The position numbers and the translations under genes were made by a program. From Octopus vulgaris (lineage: Eukaryota): a DNA stretch of 64,000 nt. The stretch is from assembly GCA_951406725.2 (NCBI GenBank), contig OX597829.1, positions 47,430,001 through 47,494,000 on the forward strand. The letters are read 5' to 3'. Every line of letters starts with the position of its first letter. Position 1 is the first letter of the stretch. Below are positions 1-13,324 of the stretch, piece after piece. The notes under the pieces are model-generated. The model was not told the DNA's origin, searched no databases, and saw only the letters and a list, made by a program, of their open reading frames with translations.

Positions 1-3000
1 TATCTGTCCAGATATTGACCAATGGCTCACCACAGGTTAGCGGTTTTCTTAGGTTGTTCTGTCGTGCCGAATCTACTAATCTGATATGAATATAAACATA
101 AACTTCAGGCAATTCACGTACGCAATATGACTTAATCTCGCTTCTGAAAACAAATTAATACCAGATTATCATGATACTGCAAAGAAGAGAATCATTAAGA
201 AAATTTGCCTCCTTTTGCTAGGTCTGTGGCACTCACGTAGCACACCTAATATATGAGTTTTATTGTTAGGTTTGCAATGTTTCCTTGCAGTGTTATAAGA
301 AATAATCATAATGAGACGTTTCGGAATTATGACTTCGTCAGTGATAGATAAAAATTTGTCTAATTCCTATTCGAAATATTTTGGATACAGCACCTTCTCT
401 TTTAGAAACTTTGCTTTGTAATGGAAGAGAATTACTCATGAGTTTCTCATCTATAATCTTCAGACAAAAGACAACAATGGCCAGTTGCTTTAAAACCAAT
501 GGATAATGTTATATCTGATTATACTGTTTTTTACTGCAGTGAGACTCTCAATTGCTCTTAATCGAGAAGACTTATATGTATGTACGTACGTACATCAATG
601 TATACTCAACTTGCTAGCACCTTTGTAAATAAATGTATTTTATGCATAAACACAATATATGTATTTACAAACATTTCTAAACTTGGTTAAATACGCTCAT
701 AAATGTAATAAATACCTAAAGAAACTAAAGTATTAAGGAGATGTACTTGCATAGCAAGTGACCTGAAACAACTATCAAACTTGAATACGTAACATATTTT
801 TGTCCTTTTAAATATTTTATTTTCGCGGTATTTGGCGACACCATTTAGTATCGATTGACGTAAGTGGCAGTTCGAACGAGTTTGGATCATCCACAAATCC
901 ACTGAGGCGAGATATACCGAGCCTCGAACATTGTTGGAGCCAAATTACACAGCAGAATTATTTGGATGATGACGTTTGAATTACCGTTGTTATCAACGCA
1001 AGAAAAGGAGAAAAAATGCTGGTTTCATTCATGTCTTGCACACTCAAATGAATAAATAGGACAATAATTTGATAAACTTTTGTAAGCTTTTCTGAATTTA
1101 CAACGATAGTGTAACCAGTGAAAAAATTTGCTCGTTGTCACTCGATCTGCTAGAAATTGCAAAAACAACTCTTTCTTGAATCATTTCCTATCAAGAGCTT
1201 TCCTTCTTAAAAAGTTGCAATTATATATATAGCTGGTATTCATTCCTATTTCAAGAGCGAACAGAGGAAACAAAGAAAATGCACACGTGCATGCGTGCGC
1301 ATACACACATTTATAGTAACATACATATACTAGAGAAATGTTGTACATAGATGATTAGTGTTACTTTATATAATTCACAAGTGTTGAACGTGTTTGTGTG
1401 CAAATAACTGTAAAAAAGAAAGTACGGGCTGTTTGTCTGTGTATGTATGGCTGTGTATGCATGGCTGTACACCTTTTAACAATGAATATTCAAAAGCCGT
1501 TCACGATGGCTACCCCGGCGAATGCGTAAATAAAACGGAAGTATTGATGTTAGTCTTCCCAGGAAAATTTACTCCCGATGGGAGTGAATACGTTCTAACC
1601 TTTTTCACTGTGACAGTTCATCCGCAAGATGAGTGTCAAGTCACTTGCACGCCAGATGTCATTCGGGTGCATTCCTCGGGGTCGTTACTCACCATTAAGG
1701 GTGAAGTGAGATCTTCTATAGAAATATTGTAGAATAAACTTACCGACCGCCTGACCGCGCGAATGGCTGGCTGCCTGCCTTATTAGCTAGCGGCTGATTT
1801 ACTGCACTACTTAGAAGTACGAGTTGGAAATAGAGAATATTTTTTCTCTCTCTCCTTACCCGTATACCCTTTGAATTGTGTGCGAGTATGTTATTTACAT
1901 TTGTATGGAAAATTACGCATAATAAATTCTAGTGCATTTACATTTGTCGTTGTTGTTTAACCTCAAATAAGCCCTGTTTCAGCACATCTGTAATCAGACA
2001 CTCTATTCGTGACCCCCACCTCTCTCTCTCTCTCTCTTTCTTACATGGCATACATTATCAAGAACTACATAACCCGATGATTGAAGGGAAACTTTTGGCT
2101 GATATTTCTATGAGGCGTAACGTCAATATACAGGGTTTTTCGGACAGCGTGACATGTTTGTATTGCATTTGTTTGTTAAACCATTGTGTAATAGTAACTT
2201 CTAAACAAACACCATCCCTTTCTTCCCAAAGAAAATATTACTAAAAATTTTGCATCCCTTAATGAGAACGCAATAGTTTGCATCCACGTAATTCTTTTTT
2301 CTTCGCCATTATGGTGGACAGTTTTAAAAAGTTTACATTCATAACTGTTGCCTGTCCAAAGCATTTTCATAAGTTTGACTTGAATGTTTATGCTTGTTTT
2401 CAAACTTGTTTTCAAACCCTTTCCTGTTTCACCCATTCAGATTAATATAAATCTCTCCTTTCATAAGTCCAAAGTTACTCTGGTGGTTGAAAAATAAAAC
2501 GGCAATGTATATCGTATATCATATATGATGCATGGACTTCAGAGAAACATATCTTGTGTGCCACATGTGATTCACAGGGAAGCCTAGGATTAATGTTATC
2601 TGCTTTGTCAATCTACCAGTCCACTTTTCAATCATCAGAGATCTCCCACAAACACTTGCATACAAATGTACCCACAAGCTTTCGCATTACTCTTAAATCC
2701 CATCACTTCAGTAATGTGCAATTGTTCACTTAACGATATAAGCGAAAGCAGGGAATGTCTTCCAAAATGCAGAAGTTTGTAGCTTGTTCATCAATGAGCC
2801 CTGAAATCCTTATTTGATTCGACATCCGCAAGCTTTACTCTCCTGTATATTTTCTCGAATTCCTCCCGTATTTTGCATTTTACAAAATCAATGTACATTC
2901 AACCTTCTGATTTATTCATAGGAACTTTGATCTGTTTGTAAATCTGTAACTGTTTAATCAGTAAATTATGAATGAATTGATGAATGAATGAGAGCTTTAC

Positions 3001-3377
3001 ATCATTCGTTTAATTAGATTTTAGTTTTAAATTATGTTTTATCGATGAAGTAATGTAAGCCTATTTATTAACCAGTAATCTTCGGTTAGAATTTATATTT
3101 TCATACATTGGCACAAGAGCCCCAAACGCGGGAAATGGGTACAGCAGATTAGGTCGGTCCCAGTACTCAACTGTAGTTATTGTTGCGATTTCGGAAGGTT
3201 CAGTCGGCTGCACTGCGTAAAGAGATATAACTAAAAACCACCAGGTATCTTACCCGTCACTTTACCGATCCTGTCAATTTAATATTGGTTAAAACGCTTG
3301 TAATTCTATCATAAAGTATTATGAATAAGGAATTTTGATTTCGAGGGCTTATCATAAATGCTAATATATCATAATTT

Positions 3378-3408
<31 letters not shown>

Positions 3409-3668
3409 ATATATAACCTTTCTCTCTGAAACAATTTACTGATAAGATTTATCAAGATTTATCAGATTTAAACAATATGGAGTCAGGAAAGTAATTAGAA
3501 ATATGCCTTATGCTGCTTTTTTTTTTTTAATCACTACTTATCAGTAAATGTGTTTGGCCGAATTAGATTGTTGTCTTGGATATTTTCTGTTACAATATTT
3601 CACATATTTTCTTTAAATTCATCAGATTCCATTTCGCTTATTGTAGTGACCCTAAAATAAATACCGAA

Positions 3669-3988
3669 GGTGTATGGCTCAGTGGTTAGAGCGTCGAGCT
3701 TATGATCGTGGGGTTGTAAATTCGATTCCCGTACCGGGCTGCGTGTTGTGTTCTTGAGCAAGACACTTTATTTCATATTGTTCCAGTTCACTCAGCTGTA
3801 GAAATGAGTTGCAACATCACTGGTGCCATGCTGTATCTGCTGTTGCCTTTCCCTTGGATATCATCGGTGGCGTGGAGAGGGGAGGCTGTGCATGGGTGAT
3901 TGCTGGTCTTCCATAAACAACCTTGCCCGGACTTGTACCTCGGAGGGTAACTTTCTAGGTGCAATCCCATAGTCATTCATTACCGAAG
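3669..3988 (+). mobile_element. tRNA-headed SINE, family D-like
   Basis: A-box TGGCTCAGTGG, B-box-like ATTCGATTCCC, then TGTGTTCTTGAGCAAGACACTTTATTTCA..CCAGTTCACTCAGCTG, shared with 4986-5020 and 62585-62865. Confidence 0.8.
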
Positions 3989-4550
3989 AGATTCTCTCTC
4001 AAAAATAAATACCAGTATTACAATGGTTCTGATTCAGTGGATTTCACGTATTTTCTATCTTTTCGAAAGGTAGAATATTATGGATCTAATATGTTCCTGT
4101 GAATTTATATGTTCCTGATTTAGACACAAGGGCAGCAATTTTCTCTAGAGAAGAAATTAATCGATATCCCTAGTATGATGTCATAGATATTGTTTAGATA
4201 GCTTCATTTCCTTATGTCGCTTAGGAGATTGAGATTTTTTTTTTTTATCATAACACTTCGGTTATTTTCCGCTTTGATCATGAAAGGTGAAACAGATTTA
4301 AAACTGGTAGATTTGGAGATTGGGATTTCACCTGAGAGCGTTCTACATTTTAACATAACGTGAGTGAGACTCATTCTGATACTGAAGTTTGGTAATAATG
4401 GAAAGGTGAAAGGTCAAAAAACAATGTTTTGTAGGTATGTGAATATAGGGAATTAGACTGTAGATCGGTTAGGTGAACAATATTAGATGAGTAGTGATAA
4501 TTATGACAAATGTAGATATTATAGAATTACTATAATAGAATTACTATATA

Positions 4551-4768
4551 CTCTCTTTACTCTTTTACTCTTTTACTTGTTTCAGTCATTTGACTGCGGC
4601 CATACTGGAGCACCGCCTTTAATCGAGCAACTCGACCCCGGGACTTATTCTTTGTAAGCCCAGTACTTATTCTATCGGTCTCTTTTTGCCGAACCGGTAA
4701 GTGACGGGGACGTAAACACACCAGCATCGGTTGTCAAGCAATGCTAGGGGACAAACACAGACACACAA

Positions 4769-4822
<54 letters not shown>

Positions 4823-4985
4823 GACAGGCTTCTTTCAGTTTCCGTCTACCAAATCCACTCACAAGGCATTGGTCGGCTCGGGGCTATAGCAGAAGACACT
4901 TGCCCAAGATGCCACGCAGTGGGACTGAAGCCAGAACCATGTGGTTGGTTAGCAAGCTACTTACCACACAGCCACTCCTGCGCCT
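4551..4985 (-). mobile_element. SINE family A, full length
   Basis: Head GGCGCAGGAGTGGCTGTGTGG..GGTTCAGTCCC, internal (TA)n/(TG)n, tail CAGTCAAATGACTGAAACAAGTAAAAGAG(TAAAAGAG)n; about 20 copies in the window. Confidence 0.92.
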
Positions 4986-5784
4986 ATATTTCACGTTGCT
5001 CCAGTTCACTCAGCTGTAAAAATAGTGGTGGATTATGAAAAAAAGATTTAACAGAAAGATTATGTATTGGTTGATTATTATTGGTTGTTGTGTCTTTCTT
5101 CTTCAATATATCTGTTACGAATGAAAATTGAGTACGGGACACTGAACTGAGTGGTCAGTTCTTGACACGAAATCCCTAGTGCTAAGCTGTGTTCACTTAG
5201 CGCCTTGCCCGGACTTGTACCTCGGAGGGTAACTTTCTAGGTGCAATCCCATGGTCATTCATTACCGAAGAGAGCCTCTCTCAAAAATAAATACCAGTAT
5301 TACAATGGTTCTGATTCAGTGGATTTCACGTATTTTCTAACTTTTCGAAAGGTAGAATATTAAGTAATACAGTGGTGCTCGTGCAATAGCTTACTACTGT
5401 TGTATTTTTATTAAAAAAATCAGACCTTGTCATGTGATTAATAAGCTAAGCCCAACACCTTGCTCGGTGTGGTTACCTGAGTTTATCAGCTTCATATGTA
5501 TTGAGACAGGTAATATGCACCTGACGCTAGAAAATCTGCCGTTTCACAGCAACCCTGGTTGCTCGTTGAAGTTCGTAAAAATATCTAAGTTTAATGAATA
5601 TCTGATGCATTGTGACGAACCATGGAATGCAAAGAATAAACAAGCTGTAAGGTTGGATGTCTGTGTCACGTCATTAATTGTCGGAACGATTTGAACTACT
5701 GAGACCAAAGAAGTAGCTTCTTTAATAGCTCTACCTGCTAGAAATAGCAGGCGAATCTACCTCATAACACAGAACACGCCGTGT

Positions 5785-5941
5785 TTGTGGCTGTGTGGTA
5801 GGAAGCTTGTTTCCTAACCGAATGGTTCAGGGTTCAGTCCCACTGCGTGGAACCTGGGGCAAGTGTCTTCTAATATAACGTCCGGCCGACTAAAGTCTTT
5901 GTGAGTGGATTTGGTAGACGGAAAACTGAAAGAAGCCAGTC

Positions 5942-5980
<39 letters not shown>

Positions 5981-6183
5981 TGTTTGTATCTGTTTGTTCC
6001 CCAACTATCGCTTGACAACCGATGTTTGTGTGTTTACGTCCCTGTAACTTAGAGGTTCGACAAAAGAGCCCGATAGAGTAAGTACCAGGCTTACAAAGAA
6101 TGGGTCGATTTCTTCGATTGAAAGGCGGTGCTCCAGCATGGCTACAATCAAAATGACCGAAACAAGTAAAAGAATAAAAGAAT
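5785..6183 (+). mobile_element. SINE family A (diverged)
   Basis: Same head, body and tail as 4551-4985. Confidence 0.88.
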
Positions 6184-6765
6184 TCGCTGATATAGTGAAT
6201 ACACAGAGTAAAAATAAAAGAAGGGGTGGTCACTGAATACACCTGCTTAGAGCTCTAATGAAGAAAGACAATCACTGCGAGGATAGGTATAAATGTCACA
6301 AATATCATTTTTCTTCCTTGTGGTGGTAGTGAGCAATGTATGTCAATTTAAGAAAGGTCTATATATTGCTGACAGTGTGGGAGACAAAATTGATTACCTT
6401 TGAGGAAAACGACTATTACAACTAGTAACTTTTTTACAATTTTGAATATTCACAGCACAGTAGCAATGTCAGTTACACTGAAATTTTGAAAAGGTACGGG
6501 ACCCCCATAAATTTCCTTCTTACTCTTAATACGATCAAGTAAGTTCGAATGTAAAATTGTGCCGGTCTCTATAGTTTCCGTCACGGGAGAATAAACCTCC
6601 TTTTTACAACGATAGCGTGTTCGTAACATTCTGTTTATGGGTGCATAGAATTTTAATAATTCCAATGAACAAATTGTTTTCTGATCGGTGCTTATCTGGC
6701 AACCGATAAAAAAAAAATAGCTATTTGCATTATGTACAACCAGTTCTGAAACAATTATTCACATA

Positions 6766-7174
6766 GGCGCAGGAGTGGCTGTGTGGTAAGTAGCTTGCTA
6801 ACCAACCACATGGTTCCGGGTTCAGTCCCACTGCGTGGCATCTTGGGCAAGTGTCTTCTGCTATAGCCCCGGGCCGTCCAATGCCTTGTGAGTGGATTTG
6901 GTAGACGGAAACTGAAAGAAGCCTGTCGTATATATGTATATATATATATGTATGCGTGTGTTTGTTTGTTTGTGTGTCTGTGTTTGTCCCCCTAGCATTG
7001 CTTGACAACCGATGCTGGTGTGTTTATGTCCCCGTTACTTAGCGGTTCGGCAAAAGATACCGATAGAATAAGTACTGGGCTTACAAAAAGAATAAGTGCC
7101 GGTGTCGAGTTACTCGATTAAAGGCGGTGCTCCAGCATGGCCGCAGTCAAATGACTGAAACAAGTAAAAGAGTA
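6766..7174 (+). mobile_element. SINE family A, full length
   Basis: Near-consensus copy. Confidence 0.92.
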
Positions 7175-7630
7175 ATATTTATTATTAACACTTCCAGGCA
7201 TGTTTAGGCGCAAAATATGCTAGTTACTGTAGTATGTGTTACAGTAAGAATACGCCCCCCTCTCTCTCTCTCACTCTCTCACGACAGCAGTATGTTCAAT
7301 ACACTTGGCTCAATGGTGCAAGGGATTCTGAGACACCAGTGTTTCGGCATGTTGTGCCGCGTCAAGCCCGAAATAGCACCTTTATCTTTGAGCCTAAACA
7401 AGACACCGACTTTGTTTATAATTTCAGTGAACAAATTGTTTGCTGATCACTGTTTATATCTGGCAACCAATAAAAAAAAAGTTAATTATTTGTACGGTGT
7501 ACAGCGAGATCTGATCTCATCATACACGGTAAAAATAAACAACCTTTTTTTTTATAAAGGTTTCTTTTTTTACAAACAAAGTCTCAGTGCAATGGAATGC
7601 CGCAACTCCGAGATCGCTGGACCGGATACC

Positions 7631-7860
7631 TATTTCTTTACTACCCACAAGGGGCTAAACACAGAAAGGACAAACAAGGACAGACAGACGGATTAAGCCG
7701 ATTATATCGACCCCAGTGCATAACTGGTACTTAATTTATCGACCCCGAAAGAATGAACGGCAAAGTCGACCTCGGCGGAATTTGAACTCAGTACGTAACG
7801 GCAGACGAAATACGGCTACGCATTTCGCCCGGCGTGCTAACGTTTCTGCCAGCTTGCCGC
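7631..7860 (-). mobile_element. SINE family B with 16-bp TSD
   Basis: Body GAGTTCAAATTCCGCCGAGGTCGACTTTGCC..GGGTAGTAAAGAAATAGG; flanked by CGCTGGACCGGATACC at 7615-7630 and 7858-7873. Confidence 0.92.
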
Positions 7861-8370
7861 TGGACCGGATACCGTACAGTATTTGCTCCGAGATTTCACG
7901 TTTTGAGTTCAAATCCACCCATAATCTATTAAGGTGATACACTTAATCCTTCACCCGGTTTAACGCCGTCATTTGGCACATTTTAGTATCTTTAACAGAA
8001 TAACTCCCCCTCTTTCTCCCTCTCACAACATCAGTATGTACAATACACTTGGCTCAATGGTGCCAGGGGTTCTGAGACACCAGTGTTTCGGCATGTTGTG
8101 TCGCGTCAAGCCTGAAGCAGCACGCTTAATCTTTGAGCCTAAACAAGACACCGACTGCATACATTCTTGCTAGGTCTCCGGTTTAAGGATGCTTCCCCCA
8201 GCTTCTCCCCCTCTTACTGGTATCGTAAACCATAATTAGACACGGGTACTGCCTTCCCATGTGATGGAATTATGGAATTTTCAAATATTCAGATTTGCCG
8301 CTCCATCTACCACATATATATATATATATATATATATAACATTTACTTATTACAAAGACGTTGAGTAAAA

Positions 8371-8391
8371 TTCCAGGAAACGTTCCCGGAA
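8371..8391. promoter_or_regulatory. Two adjacent STAT-type TTCN3GAA palindromes (candidate)
   Basis: TTCCAGGAA-ACG-TTCCCGGAA; motif match only. Confidence 0.25.
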
Positions 8392-9320
8392 TGGGACTGG
8401 CTGTGTGCTTGCGTGCGTACGTTTGTGTGTGTGTGTGAAAGTGAGAGTGAGAGAGAGAGTGTGAGTGAGAGAGAGAGTGATTGAATGAGTGAATATGTGT
8501 CATCTATTGTCATTCTGCCGCGCCTGTTTTGATTGCAAGAACCTGTTTTGTGGGCTGTTTTTTTAAAAAAGAACTTACTTGGAGATTTTTAAATACATTT
8601 CAATACAGTATTTATTATGCAAGTGTGTATATTGTGTCTCTATACGCATATGTATGGCGTACGTATAAAGCGTGTGTATAAGGTGTGTGAGTGTTTATTG
8701 CCTAAATCGTTTTTTGTCCGTGTGTATGGGTGTGTGTGTGTGTGTTTTACATATATATATACTGCGCGCGCGTATGTGTATGTGTGTGTTGTATATTATA
8801 TAGTGTGAGTGTATATATGTAATGTATCCGCCTACCTGTTTCTAGAACACCTGGTTTCTCTGTCTTTCTCTCTCTCTCTCCTCGCCGTCTCTCTAACGCG
8901 CACACACAACCTACAACCTATGTAATGCGGGCGAATGTAATCTCTAATCTTGTTTCGAGCTCGATTTTAGCCATCTTGTATGAAAGAGAAACGAGTGTTT
9001 AACAACTCTTCACAACTCCCTTTACTCGCGATAATAATTATCAATCTAGTGAACGTTAATTCTGATTAGGTCGGATAAAAAAAGATATCTTACAGTAGTA
9101 CACTCGAGATAAGTAAAATAATTTTTGAATGAAATTGCAATGAGTGATAATTTAACACCCAGTCTTCTGTATAACAGACAGGCAGACAGAAGGAAATATT
9201 CTCAGACTTAATATCCACGAAAATTTATCAGCTGTTGTTAACGTACTGGTGTTAGCGATAGCATATGAGGTAGAAGTGTCTGTGTACACCGGGCAGGGTA
9301 TATATATATATATATATATA

Positions 9321-9700
9321 GGCGCAGAAGTGGTTGTGTGGTAAGCATCTTGCTTGCCAGCCACATGGTTCCTGGTTCAGTCCCACTGCGTGGCACCTTG
9401 GGTAAGTGTCCTTCTATTTGTAGTCTCGGGCCGACCAAAGCCTTGTGAGTGGATTTGGTAGAGGGAAACTGAAGGAAGCCCGTCGTACATATATATGTTT
9501 GTGTGTCTGTGTTTGCCCTCCAACACCACATGACAACCGATGCTGGCGTGTTTACGTCCCCGTAACATAGCGGTTTGACAAAAGAGACCGATAGAATAAG
9601 TATTAGGTTTACAAAGAATAAATCCTGGGGTCGATTTGCTCGACTAAAGGCGGTGCTCCAGTATGGCCGCAGTCAAATGACTGAAACAAGTAAAAGAGTA
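9321..9700 (+). mobile_element. SINE family A
   Basis: Full head-to-tail match, set between (TA)n tracts. Confidence 0.9.
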
Positions 9701-9701
9701 A

Positions 9702-9740
<39 letters not shown>

Positions 9741-9770
9741 TAGGCACACACACATAGGCACACACATCCT

Positions 9771-10036
9771 GGCACTCCGTCGGTCTCGACGACGAGCATT
9801 CCAGTTGATCCGACCAACAGAACAGCCTGCTCGAGGAAATTAACGTGTAAGTGGCTGAGCACTCCGCAGACACGTGCATCCTTCACGTAGCTCTGATTCA
9901 GCTTGACACAGAGTGTGACAAGGCTGGCCCTTTGAATTACAGGTACTATTCATTTTTGTCAGCTGATTGAACTGGAGCAACATGAAATAATGTCAAAGAT
10001 ACAACGCACTGCCAGAAATCGAACTCCTGACCTTCC
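9771..10036 (-). mobile_element. SINE, family C tail with D-like central part
   Basis: 9771-9945 matches the 3' half of 51112-51500; 9945-10036 resembles the family D centre and B-box. Confidence 0.75.
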
Positions 10037-10059
10037 GTTCGTATTTTGCTAGACGCATA

Positions 10060-10420
10060 GGTTTACTTGTCCGTTTGGTCATTAGTGCATTCGTTGATGG
10101 CGTCACTTCCGTTTTCTGTGAGTTTGCGAAATTGAGGCCTGTCCACTCTTTGGCTTTAACTTGAGCGATGACTGGTCCGGTCTGAATATTTGGCCTGGTT
10201 GTCATGATCATAATGAATGTATCATGGGCACGTTAGCTTGACAGTGTCCATTCTTGGCAGTGTTCGAGCTATTAACCACAAACGTATTCCTCTACGTGAG
10301 ACACACCTCAGCCCCGAACACTGGGCCGTTATCATAAGCAGGTTCCTCCGCTTTAGCTGATAACTCCTTATCTTGAGTCTTTTGCAGTGTTTATACCATA
10401 CCCACACTTGACTCAGCTCA
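10060..10420 (-). mobile_element. Decayed RTE-type LINE 3' fragment
   Basis: Minus-strand remnants TVK-LT..HDNQAKY and KEWTGLNFANSQK resemble the RTE ORF C-terminus (KLxWxGHxxRHD..IKEWTG..SQR); frameshifted. Confidence 0.45.
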
Positions 10421-10607
10421 CCAGGGTATGGCGTTAGGAGCCATCAGGTCAGAGAAATTAGGAATTGAATGAGAATCAATGATGTCTGCCCACCTGACCA
10501 TTCATGGCTGAGTGGGACAGACACATACACGCAGATATATATACATACATTTACTCGACAGGCTTCTTTCACATATACATCTAATCAAAGAAATTCCAGT
10601 GGTAACC

Positions 10608-10829
10608 TATTTCTTTATTACCCACAAGGGGCTACACAGAGGGGACGAACAAGGACAGACAAACGGATTAAGTCGATTATATCGACCCCAGTGCGTAACT
10701 GGTACTTAATTTATCGACCCCGAAAGGATGAAAGGCAAAGTCGACCTCGGCGGAATTTGAACTCAGAATGTAGCAGCAGACGAAATACTGCTAAGCATTT
10801 CGCCCAGCGTGCTAACGTTTCTGCCAGCT
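10608..10829 (-). mobile_element. SINE family B
   Basis: Consensus match; TGGTAACC repeated on both flanks. Confidence 0.9.
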
Positions 10830-12093
10830 GGTAACCATGGAATCCTTCATTTTTTTTTACCCCCGCGTGCAAAGATTCTAAGACTGCATCACTCTTTTTG
10901 TATGTCTATTTCTACGATAGTCTGAGTTTCATTTGAGGGAGGTTTAGTTGTTATTTTTAGCTGTTTGGAAAATCAAGTAGACGCTCCATCGTTTCTCAGT
11001 CGGATGTATTCGCACAAATGTAATCTTAGTTTGGCACATTTTCTGTGATGCGCATTACGGAAATTAGTTTCTGTATCATACGAATCGAAAGCCTACTTCT
11101 AATCAAATTTACTTTTCATTCCCTCTGCGTTCGGTAAAGTAGCAGTCCTATATTGACAGTAATTCAACTGACAATATCCATTTATTTATATACACATTTA
11201 CTCACAGTCTCGCCTAATTTCGATTAATACATCATCGTTGAACTTCGTTTTACAGATATGAGATAATGCCATGTTTGTAGATTAGTATGTGGTATGCTTC
11301 ATTGAATTGTTTGTACCCCCCAGTCCTAATTTACGAAATATAATATGTTTACTTAGACAAATGAAAATTATTTACTAAAATGTTCACATTTACGTTTGAG
11401 AGAAGCATCCCATTTTTGAAAATTCAATAGCGTTTCAAACCTTACTTTTTTTTTTTCTTTCGGAAATTGTGAACACGCGAAGGTGACAAATTAGCAGTCA
11501 TTAATGTCGTTTATTTATAATGCCTTGCCGTGTTTGTTCCGGCTGTCTGCGCTCTGAGTTCAAATCCAGCCGTGGTCAACTTTGCCATTCATAGATTCGC
11601 GGTCGTTACGCAACATGCAGCTTTCAGAGTGGCTGACTGGAAAAACCGGTAAAAACGGTGAACCTAATGAATTACAGTGTTCCTTCCGATTGTTTAGGTT
11701 CTGAGTTCAAACTCCGCAAAAGACTACACGGGTGGTAGACTTAATCCGTTGGAATTGTGGAAAGAAGCTAGTTGGATGAACTGTAAACTGCATTCTAAAG
11801 GTACAGGCATGCTACACTGTCCCTTTCATTAAGGGTACGCGTGCCTCTCTCACTAATAATGAATAAGCAGTTCTGTTGATCGTCAGAATTTCCAAATATG
11901 AGTGTTCCAGATGTTCGAAGCATCCTTTATTTAATTTATCAACGTAAGAAATAAGCAAAGATGATTATAACAGGATTAAAACTCACAACGTAAAGGATAT
12001 ATAACTAAATACAGCATATCTGTTAATCCGTCCATTTACAGATTTTGAACCCCTACCATTTTAAATATGAAGACTGGTTATCGTATATACACT

Positions 12094-12325
12094 TACTCTT
12101 TTACTTGTTTCAGTCATTTGACTGCGGCTATGCTGGAGCACCGCCTTTAGTCGAGCAAATCGACCCCGGGACTTATTCTTTGTAAGCCTAGTACTTATTC
12201 TATCGGTCTCTTTTGCCGAACCGCTAAGTTATGGGGGCGTAAACACACCAGCATCGGTTGTCAAGCGATGTTGAGGGGACAAACACAGACATACAAACAT
12301 AAACACACACTTATATATATATATC

Positions 12326-12391
<66 letters not shown>

Positions 12392-12545
12392 CGGGGCTCT
12401 TTCCACTAACCAAATACACACACAAAGCTTTGGTCGGCCCGAGGCTATAGTAGAAGACACTTGGCCAAGGTGCCACGCAGTGGGACTGAACCCGGATCCA
12501 TGTGGTTCGTAAGCAAGATGCTTACCACACACCCACTCCTACGCC
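12094..12545 (-). mobile_element. SINE family A
   Basis: Consensus match with a long internal (TA)n. Confidence 0.9.
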
Positions 12546-12641
12546 TAAATATATATTTAGGCAAAATTTACAGAAGATGAAAACAGGTGACAGGACATCA
12601 AGCAGATGTATTAGTTTGACGCTCGAGAAGAAAGGAAAAAG

Positions 12642-12679
12642 TCTTTGACGTTTCGAGCCAACACTCTTCGCCAGAAAGA
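12642..12679 (-). ncRNA. Minimal type I hammerhead-like motif (A6 mutated) in a Penelope-like repeat (~12580-12860)
   Basis: UCUUU-CUGGCGA-A-GAG..CUC-GAAAC-GUC-AAAGA; stem I UCUUU/AAAGA; same repeat family as 40330-40420 and 54945-55080. Confidence 0.6.
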
Positions 12680-13324
12680 GACGAGAGGAGGAAAAATGGA
12701 GAGTGAACGTAAAAAGGAAGGAGAAAAGAATGAAAAGAATGTGTAGGGATTAATGGTTCAACATGATGTGGTTCAAAATTGTGCAAAATACGAAAGTCAG
12801 AAACAGGTGAGGAGACAACAAAAAAAGGGTTCACGCTCAGGAAAAATGGAAGAGATACACACATAAAAGTTTAGGCTCTTCTATTCACTCCTATTCTTCT
12901 CTACCCTATCATCCCGATTTCTTTCCACTGCCCCCATTTTTTTCTTGTGCACGTGTGTGTGTGTATGGATGTACTCGTCTGCAACTTGTTTGTTAGGTTT
13001 TTAAAAAAAAAGCCTAACGTAAAAAAGTAACCGGTTAACATACATAAATTTCTCCACATTTGAATAATTGCCACAGTTTTTTTTTTTTTTCTCTTCGTTT
13101 CTTGTTAATGAGACAATTGAAGGAATGGATATGACAAGAGATGTGAATGAATTTACATTTAAAAGAAAAACAGAAACAGTAAAAACAAAAAAAAAACAAA
13201 AAAAAGCTGAGGATGAATAGCGATAAAATTATCGCTCAACTCTCCCGACTTGGCTGTTGTGTCTTTATTTGTTGGCGTAAATGAAACAGCTGTAGTTTTT
13301 AGCTCCTTTTTTTTTTTTTTTTTT

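Noticed and set aside
1394-1745. 112-aa ORF and minus-strand ATG|GTGAGT microexon signals
   Set aside because: TTG start and no recognisable homology; the neighbouring donor would imply an implausible intron of under 30 nt.
2477-2640. 16-bp imperfect inverted repeat (possible old MITE)
   Set aside because: Too short and diverged, with no TSD or second copy.
4741-5019. Recurrent ORFs such as 'RQASFSFRLPNPLTRHWSARGYSRR' and 'RPRKDERQSRPRRNLNS'
   Set aside because: Antisense translations of the SINE A and SINE B consensus, not a gene family.
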